Positions 8,732 through 15,893 of a stretch of DNA of 55,653 nt are shown here, piece by piece. This DNA comes from Anaerolineales bacterium (GTDB lineage: Bacteria > Chloroflexota > Anaerolineae > Anaerolineales > Villigracilaceae). Positions within the stretch are counted from its first letter, which is position 1, and every line of letters starts with the position of its first letter. The notes beneath the pieces are model-generated. The model was not told the DNA's origin, searched no databases, and saw only the letters and a program-made list of their open reading frames with translations. The translations under genes and the position numbers were made by a program. The DNA lies in the NCBI GenBank assembly GCA_034434035.1, contig DAOTZM010000088.1, positions 1 to 55,653 on the forward strand, read 5' to 3'.

Positions 8732-10741
8732 ATGTCACAGGAATTGTTTCTCAACGGAATCGACGCCGACACCGGCGGCCCCATCGACGGAGACGATGTT
8801 GTCATCACTACCGAGATGATTGCCAAAGTGGCGCGCGGGCAGAAACTCACGCCCGAAGACCTGCGCGATGCCAAGATGCGCAAAGCCCTCGATGACCAAA
8901 AACATGAGCATTTTGGCGTGGCCGAAGGAATCGACGATACCAACCTGGCTGAAACCGGCTGGTCGGTCATCTTCCCGGCGGCCCTGCCCAAAAAATCGGT
9001 CGATGCGCTCAAGGAAGCCCTCGAACCCCTGCTCGACCATCGCCGCGAACAGGCCTCGGCCAACGCCGAAACATTCTACAAGGAAGTCATCGGCCCGGAG
9101 TTGGGCATCAAAAACGGCGAGAGCAAGAACGAGTTCCTAAAACGCTTTGGGCGCGGCCCCGGCCCGGCGGACCCGGCCAAGTTCCCCTACTATGCCCTGA
9201 TTGTCGGCTCGCCGGAAACCATCCCCTACACCTTCCAATACCAGTTGGACGTGCAATACGCCGTGGGGCGCATTTACTTCGACAAACTCGAAGACTATTA
9301 CCAGTATGCCCAGAGCGTGGTTGCCGCCGAAACCAAGAAGCTGGCGCGCGCCAGGAAAGCCGCTTTCTTTGGCGTCGCCAACCCCGACGACCGCGCTACC
9401 CAGATGAGCGCCGAACATCTCATCCAGCCGCTGGCAAAGCAAATGAAAACCCGCAAAGACTGGAAAGTGGATGTCGTCGCCCCCGAAAAAGCCACCAAAG
9501 CCAACCTGGGCAATTACATGGGCGGCAAGGATACCCCCTCCCTGCTCTTTACTGCCTCGCACGGCATGAATTTCAAGATGGGCGATCCGCGCCTGCTGCG
9601 CCACACCGGCGCCATCCTGACCCAGGACTGGCCCGGCCCCAAAGCGCGCGTCCCCATCAAGGAAGACCTGTACTTCTCCGCCGACGACATCGCTTCGAAT
9701 GCCGATGTGTTCGGCATGATTGCCTTCGTCTTTGCCTGTTATGGCGGCGGTATTCCCAAGATGGATAACTTCTACCGGCAAGCCTTTGGCTCGCAAAAAG
9801 AGATTGCCCCGTATGCCTTCATCTCGCAGTTGCCGCTCAGGCTGCTCTCCCACCCCAAGGGCGGCGCGCTGGGCGTCTTTGCGCACGTCGAACGCGCCTG
9901 GGGACAATCGATTATCTGGGACCAATCGGCAGCCGATGTCGTCACCTTTACATCAATGATTGACGCCCTGCTGAATGGCAAACCCGCCGGAGCCGCCACC
10001 GAGTACTTCAACGAACGCTACGCCGAAATCTCCACCATGCTGACCGAGGAACTGGACAACACCACCCCAGACAATCAAGATGACGTTAAAATTGCCGGAT
10101 TGTGGACCTCGAACAACGATGCCCGCAACTATGCCTTCATCGGCGACCCGGCGGTGCGGCTGGCTATCGGCGCAGCGGAAACGCCCAAGCCCGAACGCGA
10201 GAAACTCGGCGCGATTGTCAGCCAGCCCCCGGCGGCAGTCGTCGGCGCGGCGGTCAGTTTCCAGCCGGATGTCGAAGACCGCGCCCCGGCAGCAAAGGCC
10301 GCCACTTCAGGCGGCGCAGCGGTGGATTACAGTGTCCGCGACCTCTTCAGTAAAAAACCAGAACCAGGGGATGGCGCAGCCCCCGCCCCCGCCAGCGGCG
10401 GACTGAACGAATCGCTTAAAAATTTCGTCGAAAAACTGGGCAATTACCTCAGCAAAGCCCTCGACGACGCCAGCAGCCTGGAAGTCAGCACCTACGTAGC
10501 CGATGACCTGGCCGATGTAAAATATGAAAGCGGCAAATACAGCGGCGCCCGCCTGCGCGCCATAACCCGCATCAACCTCGACGGCGACACCCTGGTCTGC
10601 ATCCCGGAAAAAGACGGCGAAGTCGATACTGCCATCTGGAACATTCACCTCGAGATGGTCAAATCGGCCCAGGAAAACCGCGCGGAATTAATGAAAACCA
10701 TCGTCGGCGCGGCGACGAGCATTGTCAACATCGTCAAGTAA
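8732..10741 (+). CDS. caspase-fold (clan CD, gingipain/C25-like) cysteine protease with a C-terminal domain shared with the downstream small protein
   Basis: 669 aa. His in LLFTASHGM and Cys in IAFVFACYGGG, each after a hydrophobic strand and about 50 aa apart. YALIVGSPETIPY resembles the C25 family. Ala/Pro/Gly-rich linker, then an about 110-aa C-terminal domain. AAAGGAG SD 6 nt upstream. Confidence 0.6.
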   Translation: MSQELFLNGIDADTGGPIDGDDVVITTEMIAKVARGQKLTPEDLRDAKMRKALDDQKHEHFGVAEGIDDTNLAETGWSVIFPAALPKKSVDALKEALEPLLDHRREQASANAETFYKEVIGPELGIKNGESKNEFLKRFGRGPGPADPAKFPYYALIVGSPETIPYTFQYQLDVQYAVGRIYFDKLEDYYQYAQSVVAAETKKLARARKAAFFGVANPDDRATQMSAEHLIQPLAKQMKTRKDWKVDVVAPEKATKANLGNYMGGKDTPSLLFTASHGMNFKMGDPRLLRHTGAILTQDWPGPKARVPIKEDLYFSADDIASNADVFGMIAFVFACYGGGIPKMDNFYRQAFGSQKEIAPYAFISQLPLRLLSHPKGGALGVFAHVERAWGQSIIWDQSAADVVTFTSMIDALLNGKPAGAATEYFNERYAEISTMLTEELDNTTPDNQDDVKIAGLWTSNNDARNYAFIGDPAVRLAIGAAETPKPEREKLGAIVSQPPAAVVGAAVSFQPDVEDRAPAAKAATSGGAAVDYSVRDLFSKKPEPGDGAAPAPASGGLNESLKNFVEKLGNYLSKALDDASSLEVSTYVADDLADVKYESGKYSGARLRAITRINLDGDTLVCIPEKDGEVDTAIWNIHLEMVKSAQENRAELMKTIVGAATSIVNIVK

Positions 10742-10817
10742 TACGAATACGTTCCGAAGGCTTGCTATGATGCGTTCAAAGCACCGATAAAAATCTTCGG
10801 AACGGTTTACGAAAATT

Positions 10818-11621
10818 ATGCCTGTCTTTGAATCCACCGGAACCAGCGACCCGCTCGGTTTGTGGACATCCGCTCCACAGTCGGGAATGGTGCATTTTGG
10901 CATCGGAGACGAAGCCCTCTCCCCGCCGCCAGATGCGCCGGTCTTCCGTGTCAACTTGCCGGGCAGCAGTGAAGCAGCCAGCGAGGTCTTTGAGACCAGC
11001 GAAGCCTGGTTCGAGCGGATGAATGCAGCGCTCGAGGCTGTTCCCGACCGGCTGGATACCCTGGTCAGCCAGATGCAGGCCCGCCAGGCGGCGGGAGACT
11101 CCATCAGTTTCGACGCTGCCAGCCTGGAGGGGGAACCCGGCCCGGAGAGCGACCTGCTCCACCTGCTGGAGGACGCCTCCCAGCCCGCAGCAGCGGAGGA
11201 TGAAGGGGGAATGGCGCATTTCGGCATCGAAGAACCTATCAGCCAGGCCTGGCAGGATGCCCGGGCGCGCTTCGATGCCTTGATGGAGCAAATCAACCGC
11301 GAGGTGCTGCACTTCGCCTGGGTCGAGACCAATATTGCCGGGCAACTCATCGCCCGCAGCGAAATCGATTGGAGCGGCGACGCCACCACCCTGTGGGTCG
11401 AAAACGTCTCCGAAGAACAAAAGTCGCTCCACCACCGCGCACTCAACGTGGCCGCCCGCAGCCGCAATATGAAACTGCGCCTGTTCGTAACGGTGGCGGG
11501 CGGCGCGGCCAAAGTGACAACCCTGATGGCCGCCGGGACGCCCGTGCTGGCCTTGCCGGCTGTTTACCAGTATGTCCTGTCGATTGTCAAGCAAGTCAGG
11601 CAGCTGCAAAGCGTATCGTGA
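10818..11621 (+). CDS. hypothetical acidic protein with an internal duplication (GM[VA]HFGI motif x2) and a hydrophobic C-terminus
   Basis: 267-aa ORF co-directional with the operon. I recognise no family. C-terminal LFVTVAGGAAKVTTLMAAGTPVLALPAVYQYVLSIV is hydrophobic. The start codon is uncertain (no clear SD). Confidence 0.5.
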   Translation: MPVFESTGTSDPLGLWTSAPQSGMVHFGIGDEALSPPPDAPVFRVNLPGSSEAASEVFETSEAWFERMNAALEAVPDRLDTLVSQMQARQAAGDSISFDAASLEGEPGPESDLLHLLEDASQPAAAEDEGGMAHFGIEEPISQAWQDARARFDALMEQINREVLHFAWVETNIAGQLIARSEIDWSGDATTLWVENVSEEQKSLHHRALNVAARSRNMKLRLFVTVAGGAAKVTTLMAAGTPVLALPAVYQYVLSIVKQVRQLQSVS

Positions 11622-11701
11622 ACATTGTCCCCGGCAAACCGGCGGACTTCAAAAGCAAACAGTCCATCGGCAAGCCGATGGACTCCAAAAAAGGAGAAAA
11701 A

Positions 11702-12025
11702 ATGGCAACCAGCCCCGAACTGAAACAAGCCCTGAAAGACGCCGCCGATGCCATCGCCAAGTATGTGCAGGATGCCGCGACCATGACCGTCGAGACCCGC
11801 TACGTCGAAATGGGCGGCGAGGTCGAAAAGGCCAAACTGGCCGCCCGCACCACCGTCAAACTGGACGGCGACAGCGAATCCATCCTGCCGATGAAACAGT
11901 CCGCCGAGGGCGAACTGGTGGTCGATACGGTCGTCTATGAGATGCACCAGGAGAATGTACAGGCCGCCATCGACTACCGGGCCGAGATGCTCGACCGCCT
12001 GCTGACCGTGCTGCGCAGGGAGTAA
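11702..12025 (+). CDS. small (107 aa) protein homologous to the C-terminal domain of the 8732-10741 protease
   Basis: AAGGAG SD 6-7 nt upstream of the ATG at 11702. Aligns with protease residues about 560-669 (shared LK..L, DA, V.T, L.A.T...LDGD, VDT, H.E.V..A...RAE). Confidence 0.65.
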   Translation: MATSPELKQALKDAADAIAKYVQDAATMTVETRYVEMGGEVEKAKLAARTTVKLDGDSESILPMKQSAEGELVVDTVVYEMHQENVQAAIDYRAEMLDRLLTVLRRE

Positions 12026-12035
12026 ATTCTCGATA

Positions 12036-12070
12036 AAAACGTCCCGAAGGCTGACTGCCTTCGGGACGTT
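12036..12070. terminator. bidirectional intrinsic terminator-like hairpin (15-bp perfect stem, 5-nt loop)
   Basis: AAACGTCCCGAAGGC-TGACT-GCCTTCGGGACGTTT lies between the convergent genes ending at 12025 (+) and 12076 (-). Confidence 0.75.
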
Positions 12071-12075
12071 TGCAT

Positions 12076-13596
12076 TTAACGCCGCCTTTGCCACACCTGG
12101 TAGCGTTCGTTCTCGTAAATCACCTCCCAGGCGCGGGTGTCTTTGATTTGCTGGAAGAGCCAGCGCTGGTTGGGGGCCACCAGCAGGCCGGGATGGGCGT
12201 TTTTGGCTGCGAGCAGGGATCCAATACAGGGCCAGTCTTTCTCATTCTGGCAGGCGCGCAGGTCAATCAGGGTTTGCAGCTGCTCGGCGTAGTTCCCTTT
12301 CCACTCGCTGCCCCACAATGCGAAAACAGGAGTCCGCTCCAGCAGGTAAGGGAACCACTCGGCTTCGTTAATCTTGCCAATATAGAGATACGTCTGTGAA
12401 GGGTCGGTTTCGCCCCGCACGAACTTCGCCATCTGGAGGGAATAGACATCGATTTCCGGCTCGTAGCGGATGATTTCCGACAGGTTTCTCCCCAACCCAA
12501 GCAGGACGAGCGCGGCTGTGAGCATGGTCAACGCCCGGCGAAGGGCAGGCCGCTGGCGAAAGCGTTCGACCATCCACTCGGCAAGACCACCCGCCATCAT
12601 CGCCGCCAGGATGACCGGAAAGAACGAGGCTTCGCCCATCGCCAGGGTGAGCAGGAAGGCCAGGGGCAGGTGAAATTGTCGTCGAAACAGGAGCAGGATA
12701 AAGCCGGGTAAAGACAAAACAGCCAGGAATCCGTTGCGGGTAACGTGGGCAAGATTCTCCCAGAGATAATTCAGCGCTCCGCCGAAATCCTGAAAAAGCA
12801 AGGAAAGAAAATCGGCGTTGCGATGCGAGGAAGCGGCCATCCACAAGCTCTCGAAACCATGCCGGGCAATGACCGTCCCCAGCCAGGGGGAGGCGACGAG
12901 CAGGGCCAGCCCCAGGATTCCGAGCGCGGTCAGGGCGCGGCGCGGCTGGCCTTCGGCAACAAGAAAGGCAAATCCAACCAGCGCGGCGAACAATGTGTAA
13001 AGCAGGTGCGTGGTCAACAGCAGGCCGAGGCAGATTCCTGCCAAAACGATGAGACGCCAGGAGGGCTGCCGCAGGGCGCGCAGGTAAAACAGGAGACCGG
13101 TCAGGCACAGGGCCAGCGCCAACCCGCGCACCACCCCCGCCGACCAGACGTGGATGCTGAAGACGGATGGGGCAGTGAAAGCCAGCAGGAGCGCGGCCAA
13201 CCCGCCCCAGCGGGCGCCGGTCAGTTCACGCGCCAGGAAGTAGAAGGGGATGAGGGCCAGCAGGCCAAAAACCGGCGGAATCAGCCGCAGGTAGGCCCAG
13301 GTCGAGAGTCCCAGTTTGATGGCAACCGCAAAAATATAATGCCCGAGCGGCGGATAGACAAATGGAATGCCGCCCGGCCCATAGCGCGGAATCTCCAGCG
13401 GCAGAGCAAAATTCGCATTCGCTATTTGCTCAGCCATCTGAGCGAACATCCCGGCATAGCCAAGCGGGAGGGAGTGGCGAAAGGCGTGGAAAAAGAAAAC
13501 CGGGGCGAGGAGCAAAAGTCCTGCCATGAGCGGCAGGTGAGGTTTGAGACGAAAAGAGAAGAAAGTGAATGTAAACATGATCATTGGGAATATCAT
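12076..13596 (-). CDS. polytopic membrane protein, GT-C / ArnT-PMT-like glycosyltransferase family
   Basis: 506 aa with about 12 hydrophobic segments. N-terminal region resembles the dolichyl-phosphate-mannose/ArnT family. The assignment is by general resemblance only. Confidence 0.55.
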   Translation of the reverse strand: MIFPMIMFTFTFFSFRLKPHLPLMAGLLLLAPVFFFHAFRHSLPLGYAGMFAQMAEQIANANFALPLEIPRYGPGGIPFVYPPLGHYIFAVAIKLGLSTWAYLRLIPPVFGLLALIPFYFLARELTGARWGGLAALLLAFTAPSVFSIHVWSAGVVRGLALALCLTGLLFYLRALRQPSWRLIVLAGICLGLLLTTHLLYTLFAALVGFAFLVAEGQPRRALTALGILGLALLVASPWLGTVIARHGFESLWMAASSHRNADFLSLLFQDFGGALNYLWENLAHVTRNGFLAVLSLPGFILLLFRRQFHLPLAFLLTLAMGEASFFPVILAAMMAGGLAEWMVERFRQRPALRRALTMLTAALVLLGLGRNLSEIIRYEPEIDVYSLQMAKFVRGETDPSQTYLYIGKINEAEWFPYLLERTPVFALWGSEWKGNYAEQLQTLIDLRACQNEKDWPCIGSLLAAKNAHPGLLVAPNQRWLFQQIKDTRAWEVIYENERYQVWQRRR

Positions 13597-13816
13597 GGGC
13601 AGCAGCCAAATTCTGCGCCTTCATACTATAACCGATGGCATGAAAATTCACAACAAAATACATTTCGATTCCGGAGTCCAAAATCTCCCGATTTTGGCCG
13701 AAGTCGGGAGATTTCGGACTCTGCCTTTGACAACCAACCATCCCGAAGGTTTCTTAAGATCTTCGGGATGGTTTTCTGAAACATTACTGCCAAAATTGGG
13801 ATGGCGTGGTCCGGCA

Positions 13817-13838
13817 GCGGAATGAATTCCGCGTTACG
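13817..13838 (-). repeat. palindromic 22-mer, copy 2 (exact)
   Basis: Reverse complement is CGTAACGCGGAATTCATTCCGC, 12 nt downstream of the yeeE-rhodanese stop. Confidence 0.9.
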
Positions 13839-13849
13839 AAGTCAAATGG

Positions 13850-15151
13850 CTATCCGCAGCCACCGCCGGATTTGTCGCGTTTCATCTGTAACTGAATCTT
13901 GGGAGTAAATTCAATTTTTTCGTTCTCGATGGGGTCAGGGTCAGAACACTCGTAGCGGTCGCCCAGGGCAGCGGGGAATTTGAATCTCAGGGTTTCCTCC
14001 AGCGCGGTTGAGACGGGCTGAATTTCGGGGTCGGTATGACCGAAGACGGTAATCCAGTGGTTGATGCCGCCTTCGAGAATGTAGACATTCGGCACGCCCT
14101 CGGCGGTCAGCAGCCGCCAGGATTGGGTGGCGAGTCCCTCGTCGTTGCCCATCAGCACGTAAACGGCGTTCGGCGCGGAGGCGGCGAGCAGTTCCGGGAT
14201 GCGCGATTTCAATTGCTCGGCGGGAATATTCAGCGCGCCGCGCAGGTGGAACAGGTTGTAATCGGATTCGGAGCGCACATCCAACAGGGTCAGGATGAGT
14301 CCCTGGTCGTAACGCGCCTTGAACAGCTCCGCCGGGGTGATTTGAACCAGTCGCTGATTCAGGGCTTCCTCGGCGGAGTATTTGACCTGTGTCTCTGTCA
14401 CTTTTCCATCGGCCTGTAATTCGGGAACGGTGCGAAGGATGATGGCCTTTTCGTATTTCTGCTCGGTGGAGGGCATTCCGATAAAAACAACGGCCAGCGC
14501 CAGGACGATGATTGCGCCCGCGCCGTACAGGCGCAGCTTGGGTTCGCGGCTCATATCTTTTTTACCGATAATACGCTCCAGTTGTTCAGAACCCCAGAAC
14601 ATGAACAGCGCCATCAGGACGACCATTAGAACGACGACGCCGGTCGGCAGGCCGAAGACATCCATCAACGTGACGCGGCCAAAATATCCGGCATTGTTGT
14701 ACCAGTCGGTGAAGAAACGTTCGGTTTCACCAAACAGGAACGCGCCCACGAATCCGCCCAGCATGAACATCATGCCGTCGATTTTGCCGGTCGAGGCCGA
14801 AGCCAGCGAGGTGGTGGGACAGAACCCGCCAACAATAAAGCCAACGCCCATAATCAGCCCGCCCAGGATGCCCGACCAGAGATAGGTCGGATTGACCCAG
14901 ACCTGGCTGTAATCGAGCAAACCGAGGCTGACTGCGCCGAAGGTCAGCACCATGGCAGTGATGACGGCGGTGAACATCACTTTCAGCACGGTCAGTTCGG
15001 TGAAATAGAACTGGGCGGCCAGTTTGCGGCTGTTGCCAAAGCCCGACATTTCGAGGGTGAAGCCAAAAGCGAAGCCAATCAGTCCAAAGACGAGATAGGT
15101 CCAGGGATTGGCGGCGCTGACGTTTTGGAAGGCAAGAAGAGGAAAGTTCAT
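13850..15151 (-). CDS. YeeE/YedE-family sulfur-compound transporter half fused to a C-terminal rhodanese domain
   Basis: I prefer the start MNFPLLAF at 15151 (GAGG SD). Membrane part has GGFCPT. C-terminal rhodanese-like LLDVRSESDYNLFHLRGALNIP...YILEGGINHW. The 516-aa ORF extension overlaps the upstream gene. Confidence 0.75.
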   Translation of the reverse strand: MNFPLLAFQNVSAANPWTYLVFGLIGFAFGFTLEMSGFGNSRKLAAQFYFTELTVLKVMFTAVITAMVLTFGAVSLGLLDYSQVWVNPTYLWSGILGGLIMGVGFIVGGFCPTTSLASASTGKIDGMMFMLGGFVGAFLFGETERFFTDWYNNAGYFGRVTLMDVFGLPTGVVVLMVVLMALFMFWGSEQLERIIGKKDMSREPKLRLYGAGAIIVLALAVVFIGMPSTEQKYEKAIILRTVPELQADGKVTETQVKYSAEEALNQRLVQITPAELFKARYDQGLILTLLDVRSESDYNLFHLRGALNIPAEQLKSRIPELLAASAPNAVYVLMGNDEGLATQSWRLLTAEGVPNVYILEGGINHWITVFGHTDPEIQPVSTALEETLRFKFPAALGDRYECSDPDPIENEKIEFTPKIQLQMKRDKSGGGCG

Positions 15152-15161
15152 AGGAGCCTCG

Positions 15162-15731
15162 CTAATTCCACAATTTCCGCACGAAATAGGCCAGGCCATA
15201 GGCGCCCGCAAAGATGCAGAGCATGACCACCCATGAGCCAGCCGAAAGCACCGCTCCGCCGGTGAGGGCCTGGCCGCTGGTGCAGCCGCGCGCCATGCGC
15301 GCCCCATAGAGGAACAACATGCCGCCCACAAAGGCCAGCAGCCAGCGGGCGCGGTCAGAGATATGCGGGCCTTTGGTGGTTTCGAGTTTGACGCGGCCAA
15401 AAATCATGCCCGAGGCAAAGCCACCCAGCAGCGCGCCGAAAAAGACCGGAACCAGCCAATCATCGAGCGGGTTTTTGTCGCCGCCGGCCATGCGCAACAG
15501 GTAAGGGGTGCGGTCCACATGGTCGGGGACGAACTGGTCTTGCACGAAAACGACCAGGCGCGAGGTAGCCCCCGAGGAGCCAAGTCCGTTACCAGTCAGA
15601 AACAAGGCCAGGAACAGGACCACGCCCAGGATGACCCCGCCCAGATACGGATGCACATAGGGTTGGGCCGGGCGGTTGAAGAGGGCTTTCAGGTCAAAAG
15701 TTTTTTTGGTTGGTTTTGCTGCGAGTGCCAT
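15162..15731 (-). CDS. YeeE/YedE-family sulfur-compound transporter half
   Basis: Start MALAAKPTKK at 15731. ARGCTSGQALTGG motif is typical of YeeE/YedE. The ORF extension upstream only translates heptamer repeats. Confidence 0.75.
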   Translation of the reverse strand: MALAAKPTKKTFDLKALFNRPAQPYVHPYLGGVILGVVLFLALFLTGNGLGSSGATSRLVVFVQDQFVPDHVDRTPYLLRMAGGDKNPLDDWLVPVFFGALLGGFASGMIFGRVKLETTKGPHISDRARWLLAFVGGMLFLYGARMARGCTSGQALTGGAVLSAGSWVVMLCIFAGAYGLAYFVRKLWN

Positions 15732-15805
15732 AAGTTTCTCTCTTTCCGGGTTCGTTATTCCGGGTTCGTTATTCGGGGTTCGATATTCGTTATTCGACCA
15801 ATTTT

Positions 15806-15875
15806 CGAGTATCGAGTATCGAGTATCGAGTATCGAGTATCGAGTATCGAGTATCGAGTATCGAGTATCGAGTTT
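15806..15875. repeat. tandem heptanucleotide array (CGAGTAT x9 plus 1 variant), flanked by 14/7-mer repeats (15745-15796) and GAATTACC-type repeats (15881-15908)
   Basis: Counted directly. Lies between the cytochrome-b fusion gene (stop at 15894) and the yeeE-like start (15731). Confidence 0.95.
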
Positions 15876-15893
15876 CGCGCCACGAATTACCAA

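Noticed and set aside
10818-11621. The 267-aa protein next to caspase-like proteases as a bacterial gasdermin
   Set aside because: Size and context fit. However, the sequence is acidic and low in complexity, has an internal duplication, lacks an N-terminal Cys, and looks nothing like the gasdermin sequences I recall. It is kept as hypothetical.
11369-11701. Arg-rich 111-aa extension upstream of the small protein
   Set aside because: It overlaps the preceding gene in another frame and has no SD. A strong AAGGAG precedes the ATG at 11702, where homology to the protease C-terminal domain begins.
15732-15893. YeeE ORF extension encoding LDTRYSI x3
   Set aside because: It is only a translation of the heptamer microsatellite. 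The YeeE family N-terminus starts at 15731.
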